Source of the DNA: Alphaproteobacteria bacterium
Lineage (GTDB): Bacteria; Pseudomonadota; Alphaproteobacteria; GCA-2731375
Assembly: GCA_965225945.1 (NCBI GenBank)
Contig: CBDDBZ010000039.1
Coordinates: 576,001-640,000 of the forward strand
Length of the DNA: 64,000 nucleotides
Direction of reading: 5' to 3'
The notes beneath the pieces were generated by a model that saw nothing but the letters and a program-made list of their open reading frames with translations, was not told where the DNA came from and searched no databases. Both the position numbers and the translations under genes were made by a program. Shown in pieces: positions 42,833 to 52,497 of this stretch. The first letter of the stretch is position 1, and every line of letters begins with the position of its first letter.

Positions 42833-43309
42833 ATGCGGGCCGAGCTGGAAACGCGGCTGGAGGTGGAGGATCTTTCGGCCCGTTACGCCGACTGTCTGGA
42901 CCAGGGCCGCTTCGAGGAATGGCCCGAGTTCTTCGAGGCCGATGGCCGCTACAAGATCATCTCGGCGGAGAACCACGAGATGGGCCTGCCCTTGGGCGTC
43001 ATCGACTGCCGGGGCCGGGCGATGATGCGGGACCGGATCACCGCGCTCCGCGACGCCAACATCTACGAGGCACAGCGCTATCGCCACGTGCTCTCGACCG
43101 CGCTGATCCGCGCCGCCGACGGCGCGACCATCCGGGCCGAGACCAGCTATCAGGTGACGCGGACCATGCGCGACGGCCTGGCGATGCTGTTCAGCGTCGG
43201 GCGCTATCTCGACACCTTGGTCCGCCGGGGAGACGACCTCCACCTCGCCCAACGCCTGGTCGTGTTCGACAACCGGCGGATCGACACGCTGCTGGTGATC
43301 CCGCTCTGA
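42833..43309 (+). CDS. Ring-hydroxylating oxygenase beta subunit
   Basis: YADCLD...EEWPEFF, MMRDRI and GRYLD...IDTLLVIPL. Confidence 0.92.
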   Translation: MRAELETRLEVEDLSARYADCLDQGRFEEWPEFFEADGRYKIISAENHEMGLPLGVIDCRGRAMMRDRITALRDANIYEAQRYRHVLSTALIRAADGATIRAETSYQVTRTMRDGLAMLFSVGRYLDTLVRRGDDLHLAQRLVVFDNRRIDTLLVIPL

Positions 43310-43328
43310 ATCGAGCGCGGATGCCGCT

Positions 43329-44273
43329 CTAGCGGGCGCGCAAGCCGGCGAGCATGGCGTCCGCGAGCGCCGGCAAATCAAAGCGGGGCGCCCAACCCCA
43401 ATCGCTGCGGGCGGCGCCGTCATCAATGCTGTCGGGCCAGGAATCGGCGATTCGCTGGCGGAAATCCGGTTCGAATTCGCAAACAAACCCATCGACCCGC
43501 TGCGCCACTTCCCCGGCGAGCTCGGCGGCGGTGAAGCTCATCGCCGTCAAATTGTAGCTGGTGCGCACCGAGAGCAGGGAGGCATCGGCAAACATCAACT
43601 CTAATGTCGCGCGCACCGCGTCGTCCATGTACATCATGGGCAATCGGGTGTCGGGCGTGACGAAGCAGGTGTAGCGCGCGGAACGAATCGCCTCGATGAA
43701 CATCTCCACCGCATAGTCGGTGGTGCCACCGCCCGAATAGGTCTTGTAGGTGAGCAAGCCGGGATAGCGTAGGCTTCTGACGTCGAGACCATATTTCAGA
43801 TGGTAGTAATGGCATAGATGCTCGCCGGCCAGCTTGCTCACGCCGTAGATGGTCGTGGGTTCCAGCACGGTGCGTTGCGGCGTCTCCCAGCGCGGCGTCG
43901 TCGGCCCGAACACGGCGATCGAACTCGGCCAGAAGACCTGATCCAGCTCCAGCTCGACCGCCAGATCGAGCACGTTCTTCAAGCTCTCCATGTTGATGTG
44001 CCAGGCCAGATCCGGCTGCCGTTCCCCGTCGGCCGACATCAGTGCCGCCAGATGATAGATCGTCCCGATTCCGTGCGTTTCGATCACCGATCGGAGCGCC
44101 GCGCGGTCGGTGGCGTCGAATTGGGCAAACGGACCGGCTTCCCGCATTTCCGGAGACGGCGGTGTGCGCCGCCCGGCGGCGACGACATTGTCGGCGCCGA
44201 CGCGCGCGCGCAGCGCCGGCGTCAAATCAGTGCCGATCTGGCCCACGGCGCCAATGATCAAAATGCGCCGCAT
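43329..44273 (-). CDS. SDR-type NAD-dependent epimerase / L-threonine 3-dehydrogenase-like protein
   Basis: GAVGQIG, HLAALMSA, PSSIAVFG, YGVSK, GGGTTDYA and IADSWP; GGAGGAGG RBS. Confidence 0.88.
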   Translation of the reverse strand: MRRILIIGAVGQIGTDLTPALRARVGADNVVAAGRRTPPSPEMREAGPFAQFDATDRAALRSVIETHGIGTIYHLAALMSADGERQPDLAWHINMESLKNVLDLAVELELDQVFWPSSIAVFGPTTPRWETPQRTVLEPTTIYGVSKLAGEHLCHYYHLKYGLDVRSLRYPGLLTYKTYSGGGTTDYAVEMFIEAIRSARYTCFVTPDTRLPMMYMDDAVRATLELMFADASLLSVRTSYNLTAMSFTAAELAGEVAQRVDGFVCEFEPDFRQRIADSWPDSIDDGAARSDWGWAPRFDLPALADAMLAGLRAR

Positions 44274-44399
44274 CACCCCTCCTCCCCTGGAATGCAACGG
44301 CGCGGACGCCAGCATCGCTCGCCGGCGCCGCGCCGACGCAGGCAGCCCCGTGAAGACCATTGCTATGCCGGATCGCGAAGCCGCGCAATCCGGGCGAGG

Positions 44400-44563
44400 G
44401 GCATCGACACGTCAACTGGCTGGCCCTGGCGGGGCATGTTGGATATCGTAATTCGACGAACCCGATTTTCCACGAACGCCATCACTTCCCGCCAGTGATC
44501 TTCCAACGAGCCGTCTGCCCGTTATATGCGCGGTTCACGCTTTCATTCCGCGACGTCGAGGAG
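44400..44563 (+). mobile_element. IS6-family remnant (left end + decayed transposase N-terminus)
   Basis: Translates to RHHFPPVIFQRAVCPLYARFTLSFRDVEE, compared with the IS6 pattern RHRFPPEII..AVWLY.RF.LS.RDVEE. GGCATCGACACGTCAACT at 44400 resembles IS6-type ends. Confidence 0.7.
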
Positions 44564-44886
44564 ACGAGCGGTAGTCCGCCGTCCTCGGCGCGTGGCGACG
44601 TGCTCGATTCGGGCGCCTTCGTCTCCGTGATCGCCGCGCGGAGACGATGGCGGCCCTGGGCGAGCATGGGCGCCGCGGTCGGCATTTCGTCATGGGCCCG
44701 GCGCTCGGTGGTGGCGACCTTCGCTCGGCCGCCAATGTAGGTTATCGAGGGTAGACTCCCCGTCGGGCCGGGGCGGTGGTAAGATTTCTCTGAATTGGGG
44801 GCGCTGGGAATCGTCGGCCGAGGAGCAACGACAGCCTCCGAGGCGAGGCCGCAACGACCAGGATCGGAGCAAGCGAGAGGGAAACC

Positions 44887-45321
44887 ATGCTGGTTTCGCA
44901 AATTTTCAAGGACAAGGGCGACCGGCTCGTCACCGCGCGCCCACACGACACCATCGCGACGGCGGCGGAGACTCTGAAGCGCGAGCGAATCGGCGCGGTC
45001 ATGGTCGTGGACGAGGGTGGCGAACTGGTCGGCATCCTGTCCGAGCGCGACATCGTGCGCGCCATGCCGGAACACGGACCGAAAGTCTTCGCCCTGGCGG
45101 TGGCAAAGCTGATGACCCGCAAGGTCATCACCTGCGGCCCCGGCGACCAGGTTCACGAGATCATGAAGACCATGACATCCGGACGATTCCGCCACATACC
45201 GGTGATGGACGACGGCAAGCTCGTCGGCATCATCTCCATCGGCGACGTGGTCAAGAGCCGGCTTCAGGAGCTGGAGAGGGAGACCTCGCAGCTTCGCGAC
45301 TACATCGTCGGCACCGGCTGA
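44887..45321 (+). CDS. CBS domain pair protein
   Basis: IGAVMV...GILSERDIV, RFRHIPV and GIISIGDVVK. Confidence 0.93.
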   Translation: MLVSQIFKDKGDRLVTARPHDTIATAAETLKRERIGAVMVVDEGGELVGILSERDIVRAMPEHGPKVFALAVAKLMTRKVITCGPGDQVHEIMKTMTSGRFRHIPVMDDGKLVGIISIGDVVKSRLQELERETSQLRDYIVGTG

Positions 45322-45779
45322 CCGGCGCCCGCCAGACCGCCGCTAGCCCATGATGCACGGCCTCCGGAGCGATATCGATCAGCGCTTCGCGCTGGCTGGT
45401 GGGCGGGCCGTCTCGCGGTCGATATCCCGCTCATCGCCCGAGGTTCCCCGGTGGGCGGCCGGCCCGAAGGCGAGCGAGCACCCCGGCGAGCCAGCGCCCG
45501 AGATCGGCGAGTGCCGCAGCCAGTATCAGATGTTTGACGCTTTTGGGCACGTTCGCGCGAGGTGGTGGCGCCGTCGCCGCGCGCCGTTCGCTCACCGGCT
45601 CCATCGGTGTTTCCTAATCCCTGCCCTTTGCGGGAAAGCCTAACCTAGAGCATTTCAAGCTCGGTCGATATTCGCGGAATTCGACGCGGTAAGGGCCGCA
45701 ATTCCCCCGGGGTCGGACAACGGTCCGACACGGGCGTATCATCGCCGTTTTGGCAATCGATCACGGCTCGGAGTTCCGC

Positions 45780-47207
45780 TTGCCACAAGAATCGTCATCG
45801 TCGCCGCGCGCGGGCGTCACCGCGCGCCCCGTGATCGGGCTGCTGGTGGTCTGCGCCGGCGCCTCGATCATGCCGCTCGATACCGCCGTCAATATCTCCT
45901 TCCCGCACATGGCGCGCGACCTCGGCGTCGGCCTGAGCGATATCCAATGGGTGGTGATCAGCTACGTCACCACCTATGCCAGCCTGATGCTGGTCTGCGG
46001 CAAGCTCGGCGATCTCTTCGGCTACCGCCGGGTGTTCGTCATCGGGCTGGCGATGGCGACGGTGGCGCTCACCCTCTGCGCCTTGGCGCCGAGCTACGGC
46101 TGGCTCCTGTTCTTCCGCTTTCTGCAGGGGCTGGGCACGGCCCTGGTGGTCAGTTGCGCGCCGGCGCTGGCGACTTTGATGTTCGCCGAATCCGCCCGCG
46201 CCCGGGTGCTCGGCGTCTACACCATGACCTACGGGCTCGGCAGCGCGCTCGGCCCCTGGCTCGGCGGCCTGATGGTGGAGAGCTTCGGCTGGGAGGGCGT
46301 CTTCGGCTTCCGGGTGCCGCTCGCCGGTCTGGCGTTGTTGGCGGCTTGGCGGATCGCCGAGCCGAGGCGCGAGGGCGAGGCGGGCGAGCGTCTGGACCTC
46401 GGCGGCGCCGCCCTGGTCGTGGTCGCCATGGCGCTATTGGTGGCGACGGTCAGCCTGCTGCAGGCCACTGGTGCTGTGCGTTGGTGGGCGGCGGCGCTGG
46501 CGCTCGCGGCGGGAGCTGCGCTCTATCTCTTCTGGCGCCACGAGGACCGCCATCCCTTCCCGCTGATCCGGCCCGGCGCGTTTCGCGATGCCCCCTTCAC
46601 GGTGGTCAACCTGGCCAACGTGGTCAGCAACTTCGTCGCCTTCGCGGTGTTGTTGCTGGTGCCGTTCTATCTCGCCCGCGCGACCGACCTCTCGGTCGGG
46701 GGGGCCGGCGCGGTGATGGCCGCCGGCTCGCTGGGCTGGGTCCTCTCGGCGCCGCTCGGCGGCCGCTTGATCGGGCCCGTCAGCGCCAAGCGCATGGCCG
46801 GCCTGGGCCTGCTGCTGATCGGCCTGGGCCTGCTCGGCACTGCGCAATGGGAGGCTTCGAGCGATATCGCGGTGATGGTCGCGACGCTCTTCCTCCAAGG
46901 CGTCGGCATGGGGCTGTTCCAGGTGGCCTACATGTCGATCGTCACCGGCACGCTGGCCCGGCGCGAGCGCGGCGTGGCGGGCAGCCTCACCATGGTGACC
47001 CGGACCATCGGCGTCGTCGTCGGGGTCTCGATGCTGACCCTGCTCCACGCTTCCGCCGAGAGCGGCGCGCTGGCCGAGGGCGCGGGCGGGCTCGACGCCT
47101 TCATGGTGGGGTTCCGCTGGACCTTCCTTTGGGCGGGCGGCGGCATGTTCGGATTCCTGGCGTTGACCGCGCTCTCGCCCCGCAACTGGTGGACGCGAGA
47201 GCGCTAA
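45780..47207 (+). CDS. MFS transporter (DHA2/EmrB-QacA-like, about 14 TM)
   Basis: LDTAVNISFP, motif A GKLGDLFGYRR and LGPWLGG. TTG start after GGAG; start uncertain. Confidence 0.9.
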   Translation: MPQESSSSPRAGVTARPVIGLLVVCAGASIMPLDTAVNISFPHMARDLGVGLSDIQWVVISYVTTYASLMLVCGKLGDLFGYRRVFVIGLAMATVALTLCALAPSYGWLLFFRFLQGLGTALVVSCAPALATLMFAESARARVLGVYTMTYGLGSALGPWLGGLMVESFGWEGVFGFRVPLAGLALLAAWRIAEPRREGEAGERLDLGGAALVVVAMALLVATVSLLQATGAVRWWAAALALAAGAALYLFWRHEDRHPFPLIRPGAFRDAPFTVVNLANVVSNFVAFAVLLLVPFYLARATDLSVGGAGAVMAAGSLGWVLSAPLGGRLIGPVSAKRMAGLGLLLIGLGLLGTAQWEASSDIAVMVATLFLQGVGMGLFQVAYMSIVTGTLARRERGVAGSLTMVTRTIGVVVGVSMLTLLHASAESGALAEGAGGLDAFMVGFRWTFLWAGGGMFGFLALTALSPRNWWTRER

Positions 47208-47213
47208 CGCATT

Positions 47214-47897
47214 TCAAGCCTGGTCGAACCCGCCCGCTCCCCCGCCGGCGCCGGGCCCATGGCGGAGCCGCGCCAGCAGGCGCCACGGCGAGGGCGCGCG
47301 GGCCCGGAGGCGCTCGAGGCGGCGGCGCGCCTTTTCGATGGCCATGACCTCGGCGATCCGACGGTCGAGGAAGGCCCAGGTCGCCCGGCGCCCCGCGCTC
47401 TCGTCGCCGAGCCAGTAGAGCACGCTCGAGAGGTAGACCCCGGCCAGCAGGCCGCGCTTGGTGTAGTAGTTGAAGTCGGTCGAGCGGTCGCCGACGGCGC
47501 GCCAGATCGTATCCACCGTCCGATGCAGGCCACGGGCCGCCAGGCCTGAGTTCCCCGGCAGGCTCAGATAGGCGAAGGCGCGCCGCACCGCTTCGCGGTG
47601 AGGCTCCGCCCGCTCGAGCCGCAGCCGAACCGCCAGCGTGACCTGGGCGCGGACGCCGAGGCCGTCGAGATCGTGCCGGCCCAGCCCCGCCGCGAGCTCG
47701 CGGTCCGCCGTGTCCATGTGGAAGACCAGCACGTCCCGCGCGCCGCCCGGAAACAGCCGGTCGGCCTCGGCCGGGCTCAACCCAGCGTCCGCGACCGCGC
47801 GGCGGAAGGTTCCCTCGCTCCAGCCGTCGAAGGCCGCGTGGCGGAGCATCCGGGCGAGAACCCGGGGCTTCGATTCCTCGCCCGCCCGTCGGCTCAC
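47214..47897 (-). CDS. COQ9 family protein
   Basis: FDGWS, LFPGG, IWRAVGDRSTDFNYYTKR and TWAFLDRRI. The GTG start overlaps the def stop. Confidence 0.9.
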   Translation of the reverse strand: MSRRAGEESKPRVLARMLRHAAFDGWSEGTFRRAVADAGLSPAEADRLFPGGARDVLVFHMDTADRELAAGLGRHDLDGLGVRAQVTLAVRLRLERAEPHREAVRRAFAYLSLPGNSGLAARGLHRTVDTIWRAVGDRSTDFNYYTKRGLLAGVYLSSVLYWLGDESAGRRATWAFLDRRIAEVMAIEKARRRLERLRARAPSPWRLLARLRHGPGAGGGAGGFDQA

Positions 47898-48463
47898 GCC
47901 GCTTCCCCCTCCTCGTCCGTCTCCTCGTCGCTCTCCTCGTCGCGGTCGGGCCAATGGCGGGACTCGGTCTCGAAGATCAGCTTCGAGAGGTCGGCCATCC
48001 GCTGGGGATAGAGGATGCCGTCCAGATGGTCGCATTCGTGCTGCACGACGCGGGCATGGAAGCCCTCGGCCAGCCGCTCGATTCGCTCGCCCGAAAGCGT
48101 CAGGCCCGAATAGCGAATTCGGCTCGCGCGGGGCACCAGGCCGCGCATGCCCGGGACGGAGAGGCAGGCCTCCCAGTCTTCTTCGTGCTCCTCGCCCAAC
48201 GGCTCGATCAGCGGATTGAGCAATACGGTCAGCGGCACGGCGCCTTCCTCCCCGCCGGCCCGCTGCGCGCCGACGAGGAAGATCACCAGGCGCTTGGCCA
48301 CATGGACCTGCGGCGCCGCCAGGCCGGTTCCGCCGGCGTCGGCCATGGTTTCGATCATGTCGGCGACCAGGGTGTGGATTTCGGGCGCCGTCGGGTCCAC
48401 CACCGGCTCGGCGGGGCGAAGCAGCACCGGGTGGCCCATGCGGGCGATCTTCAGGATGGCCAT
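47894..48463 (-). CDS. def: Peptide deformylase (second copy)
   Basis: GTGLAAPQ, EACLS and QHECDHLDG. Confidence 0.93.
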   Translation of the reverse strand: MAILKIARMGHPVLLRPAEPVVDPTAPEIHTLVADMIETMADAGGTGLAAPQVHVAKRLVIFLVGAQRAGGEEGAVPLTVLLNPLIEPLGEEHEEDWEACLSVPGMRGLVPRASRIRYSGLTLSGERIERLAEGFHARVVQHECDHLDGILYPQRMADLSKLIFETESRHWPDRDEESDEETDEEGEAA

Positions 48464-48587
48464 GGGCGGTCGGTGACCTCTCAGGGGGCGGCAACGGGAA
48501 CCGGCGAAATTATACGAACCGCGCGCCGGGTCGACTAGAGTGCTTCAAATTCGAAGCTATTCGCCGGAGCTGCGGGGAGGACGAGAG

Positions 48588-49907
48588 ATGGGCACGGACC
48601 ACGAACGACATAGCCACGACGCCGTCATCATCGGCGCCGGGGTGATCGGCGCCTGTCTCGCCTACGAGTTGGCCAAGCGCGGCTGGCGGAGCCTCAGCCT
48701 CGACATGGCAGGCGAAGCGGGGCACGGCTCGACGGCAAGTTCCTGCGCCATCATCCGCACGCATTATTCCACCCTCGACGGCGCGGCGCTGGCGCACGAG
48801 GGCTGGTTTTACTGGAAGGATTGGGCCGGCTATCTGGCGCACGATCGCGCTCGCCCGCTGGCCCAATACCGCGATATCGGCTGCCTGGTGATGAAGGCGG
48901 AGAGCAACGAGGACTTGGCGCCGATTTGCCGCAACATGGACGCGCTCGCCATCCCCTACGAGGAATGGGACGAAGCCCGGATAGCCGAGCGCTATCCGTT
49001 CTACGACATCGCCCGCTTCGCGCCCGCCAAACGGCTGGACGACGACGACTTCGGCACAGCCACCGGGGGGCGCCTGGCGGGCGCGGTGTTCTTTCCCCGC
49101 GCCGGCTACGTCACCGACCCGGCGCTCGCGGCACAGAACGCGCGCTGGGCGGCGGAGGCCAAGGGCGCCGAGTTCCGCTTCAATGCCCGCGTGGTCGAGA
49201 TCCGGCGCGAGGGCGGGCGCACCACCGGGGTGACGCTGGAGAGTGGTGAGCGGATCGACGTGCCCGTCGTCGTCAACGTCGGCGGGCCGCATTCGGCGAA
49301 GCTCAACCGGCTGGCCGGGGTCGAGGAGGGCATGAACATCAAGACCCGGGCGCTGAAGCAGGAGGTCGCCCACGTGCCGGCCCCGCCGGGCTTCGATTAT
49401 GAGCGGGACGGCTTCGTGACCTCCGACGGCGACATCGCCTGCTACGCCCGGCCCGAACTCGGCAACCACCTGCTGATCGGTAGCGAGGATCCAGAATGCG
49501 ATGAGCGCGAATGGGTCGATCCCGACACCTACGACCGCAACTTCACGGCGCAGTGGCGGACCCAGGTGCTGCGGATGGCGCAGCGAATCCCGAGCCTGGG
49601 GGTGCCGGAACAGGCGCGCGGTCTCGTCGATCTCTACGACGTCGCCGACGACTGGATCCCGATCTACGACAAATCCGACCTCGCGGGCTTCTACATGGCG
49701 ATCGGCACCAGCGGCAATCAGTTCAAGAACGCGCCGGTGGCGGGCGCCCTGATGGCGGCGCTGATCGAGGCCTGCGAGGACGGCCGAGACCACGATTTGG
49801 ACCCGCTCTCCTTCCACTTGCAATACACCAAGCGCGACATCGACCTCGGATTCTATTCCCGCCGGCGGGAGATCAATCCGGAATCGAGTTTTTCCGTGCT
49901 CGGCTGA
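48588..49907 (+). CDS. FAD-dependent oxidoreductase (DAO/sarcosine oxidase beta-like)
   Basis: IIGAGVIG, YDVADDWIPIYD and GTSGNQFK. Confidence 0.88.
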   Translation: MGTDHERHSHDAVIIGAGVIGACLAYELAKRGWRSLSLDMAGEAGHGSTASSCAIIRTHYSTLDGAALAHEGWFYWKDWAGYLAHDRARPLAQYRDIGCLVMKAESNEDLAPICRNMDALAIPYEEWDEARIAERYPFYDIARFAPAKRLDDDDFGTATGGRLAGAVFFPRAGYVTDPALAAQNARWAAEAKGAEFRFNARVVEIRREGGRTTGVTLESGERIDVPVVVNVGGPHSAKLNRLAGVEEGMNIKTRALKQEVAHVPAPPGFDYERDGFVTSDGDIACYARPELGNHLLIGSEDPECDEREWVDPDTYDRNFTAQWRTQVLRMAQRIPSLGVPEQARGLVDLYDVADDWIPIYDKSDLAGFYMAIGTSGNQFKNAPVAGALMAALIEACEDGRDHDLDPLSFHLQYTKRDIDLGFYSRRREINPESSFSVLG

Positions 49908-49917
49908 AGCCGTGCGA

Positions 49918-51057
49918 TCAGGCCGCCTCGCGCGCGATCCAGCCGCCGCCGAGCAGCCGCTCGCCCCGGTAGAGGACGCCGGCCTGACCCGGCGCCACGC
50001 CGGTCTCGGCGACGTCGAATTGGACCTGGGCAGCCCCATCGCCCAACGCCCGGACCCGCGCCGGCACCGCCGGACGGGTGGAGCGGATCTTGATTTGGGC
50101 CGCTAGTTCGCCCCCACCCGGGGCCGAGAGCCAGTTCATCTCCCGGAGCCGGAGCGCGCGACGTTCTAGCTCCGAGCGCGGGCCGACGACGAGGCGCCGT
50201 CCCTCGGGCTCGATTCGAAGCACGTAGAGCGGCTCCGGGCCCGAGAGGCCGAGCCCGCGGCGCTGTCCGACGGTGAAGCGGGTGATCCCCGCGTGCAAGC
50301 CGAGCACGCGGCCGGCAGAATCGACGATCGGGCCGGGCCCGTCGGCGTCCGGTCGATGGCGCGCCACGGTCTGCCAATAGCGGCCCTCGGGCACGAAGCA
50401 GATGTCCTGGCTGTCGGGCTTCTCGGCCACCGCGAGGCCCAGCTGGGCGGCGAGCCGGCGAACCTCGCGCTTGGCGGAAAAGCCGCCCAGCGGAAAGCGC
50501 AGGAAGTCCAATTCCGCGGGCAGCGTGGCGAACAGGAAATAGCTCTGGTCGCGGCTCGCGTCCACCGCCCGCCAAAGCTCGGGCCCCGCTGCGCCCTCGA
50601 TCCGGCGCGCGTAGTGGCCGGTGATCAGCGCCCTTGCGCCGAGCCCGCGCGCGGTCTCCAGCAGATCGCGGAACTTGATCTTCTGGTTACAGCGGACGCA
50701 GGGGATCGGCGTCTCGCCCGCAAGGTAGGAATCGGCGAAATCGTCGATCACGGCGGCGCGGAAACGCGCCTCGTAGTCGAGCACGTAATGGGGGATATCG
50801 AGCTTGCCGGCGATCCGCCGGGCATCGTGGATGTCCGCGCCGGCGCAGCAGGCGCCCGGCTTGGAGAGCGTGCGGCCATGATCGTAGAGTTGCAGCGTAA
50901 TGGCGACGACCTCGAGGCCGAGGCGCCGGCAGAGTGCGGCCGAGAGCGCGCTGTCGACGCCGCCCGACATCGCCACCACGACGCGCGCGCCGGGCGCGAG
51001 GCCGGAGAGCGCCTCGGCCACGTGCCCGGGAATCGGAATGTCGCCCGTCTCCGCCAT
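49918..51057 (-). CDS. mnmA: tRNA 2-thiouridine(34) synthase
   Basis: AMSGGVDS, PCVRCN, DQSYFL, DSQDICF, TVGQRRG and PGQA. Confidence 0.97.
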   Translation of the reverse strand: MAETGDIPIPGHVAEALSGLAPGARVVVAMSGGVDSALSAALCRRLGLEVVAITLQLYDHGRTLSKPGACCAGADIHDARRIAGKLDIPHYVLDYEARFRAAVIDDFADSYLAGETPIPCVRCNQKIKFRDLLETARGLGARALITGHYARRIEGAAGPELWRAVDASRDQSYFLFATLPAELDFLRFPLGGFSAKREVRRLAAQLGLAVAEKPDSQDICFVPEGRYWQTVARHRPDADGPGPIVDSAGRVLGLHAGITRFTVGQRRGLGLSGPEPLYVLRIEPEGRRLVVGPRSELERRALRLREMNWLSAPGGGELAAQIKIRSTRPAVPARVRALGDGAAQVQFDVAETGVAPGQAGVLYRGERLLGGGWIAREAA

Positions 51058-51200
51058 GGCCCGGGTATATAGCCGCTGGCGCGCCCGAGGCAATGGGCGG
51101 CGGGCTCGATCGGTCGTTTCCGGACGGCGCGGCGCTGACTGACTTTGCCGCTCTGGCGAGCTACAATCCGGGCCAAGGCATCCCTCCGAGGGGAACAATA

Positions 51201-51350
51201 GTGTCCAGTTGCGGCCTCGCCCGGTTCCTCGCCGCCGTCCTCTCGGCGGACCTTGCGGGTGGCGCGGCTCCGATGTGGCGAAGTCGGCGGGAAGGATCGA
51301 TTGCTATGATGGCGAGCGAAAATTTGTTTTCAACGTGCTGGAATAGTTAG
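51201..51350 (+). pseudogene. Possible decayed 5' fragment of a class III nucleotidyl cyclase gene
   Basis: GAGGGG RBS plus GTG start. (M)SSCGLARFLAAVLSADLAGGAAPM...EGSIA resembles the cyclase N-terminus RRLAAILSADVVGYSRLM...EGTL. Confidence 0.45.
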
Positions 51351-51387
51351 CGAAATATGAACGGCAATGTTCCAGGAGCGTAGCCTA

Positions 51388-52497
51388 ATGGTCAGGAAAG
51401 TTCGTTTGATCTCGGGGCTCATACTGTTTTCGTTTTTGACCTGTCATCTAGGGAATTTAACCTTTGGTCTTCACTCGTTGGCGGCTTTGGACGATGCGCG
51501 TCCGTGGTTTCTTTGGTTTTGGGCAACCGGCCTCGGAATTTTCTTCTTGATGGGCTCGATGGCGGTCCATCTCATGCTGGGATTGTTTAGGCTCTACGAG
51601 CGAAACACGCTCAGGATGAAGATGGGAGACATGGTCCAGCTCGTTCTGGGATTACTGATCTTTCCATTGCTGTTCGGCCACCTTCTGGGAACGGTCGTCG
51701 GTCCGCTGATGACGGGTACCCGGCAGAGTTACTTCTCCATTCTGACTTTATTCTGGGTTCTGGACCCGTTCCTCGGCCTCAAGCAGGTCGTCGTGACCGT
51801 CATGGCTTGGATCCACGGCTGCATGGGACTGGTTATTTGGCTGCGGATTCAATCGTGGTGGCCCCGTGTCGCCGGGTTTGTCTACCCGCTCGTGGTCGCC
51901 ATTCCCTTGCTTGCCATGTTGGGTATGGTCGAAGCTGGGAAGGAAGTCATCGAACTCAACAAGAACCCAGAGCTCGCAAGAGAGGCCCTCGACACACTGT
52001 CCCCGTCCAATGCCACGACGAATACATTGCTCGAAATTTTACCAATCGGTTTATGGGGATACTTTCTGGTCCTCGCCACCGTTCTCCTGGCTCGCTATAT
52101 TCGCCTCCGCAAGCGCCGCTCGGCATTGGCCGTAAGCTATGTCGACGGTACCGTATTGACGGCCAGGTCTGGACTGACGCTGCTTGAGATCAGCAGAATG
52201 AACGACATCCCGCACGCCAGCTTGTGCGGGGGACGGGGGCGCTGCGGCACTTCCCGTGTTAGAATTCACGAGGGTATGGAACTGCTACCCGAACCGGGCG
52301 AATTGGAGCGAAAAATCCTGAATAGAGTCGGAGCGGATTCGGATACGCGATTGGCCTGCCAGGTTATCCCGGAAAGCGGCTCGATCAGGATCGAACGGTT
52401 GCTGCCGTCCTATATCGAGCCGAAGGACCTTCGACGCGCGCGGGCCGCCCAACTCGATCTCGACGACCGCGATGCCAATCCGGGAGCTGTTAAATGA
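51388..52497 (+). CDS. CyaC-like membrane heme domain + 2Fe-2S ferredoxin-like domain protein lacking a cyclase domain
   Basis: RLISGLILF...CHLGN, AVHL, FGHL and WIHGCMG (TM histidines); LLEISRMNDIPHASLCGGRGRCGTSRV...RLACQ; stop shortly after. Confidence 0.8.
   Translation: MVRKVRLISGLILFSFLTCHLGNLTFGLHSLAALDDARPWFLWFWATGLGIFFLMGSMAVHLMLGLFRLYERNTLRMKMGDMVQLVLGLLIFPLLFGHLLGTVVGPLMTGTRQSYFSILTLFWVLDPFLGLKQVVVTVMAWIHGCMGLVIWLRIQSWWPRVAGFVYPLVVAIPLLAMLGMVEAGKEVIELNKNPELAREALDTLSPSNATTNTLLEILPIGLWGYFLVLATVLLARYIRLRKRRSALAVSYVDGTVLTARSGLTLLEISRMNDIPHASLCGGRGRCGTSRVRIHEGMELLPEPGELERKILNRVGADSDTRLACQVIPESGSIRIERLLPSYIEPKDLRRARAAQLDLDDRDANPGAVK

Noticed and set aside
45350-45643. 97-aa ORF beginning MMHGLRSDIDQRF
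   Set aside because: It may be a scrap of a small coiled-coil membrane protein gene, but the similarity is too short and the rest looks non-coding.
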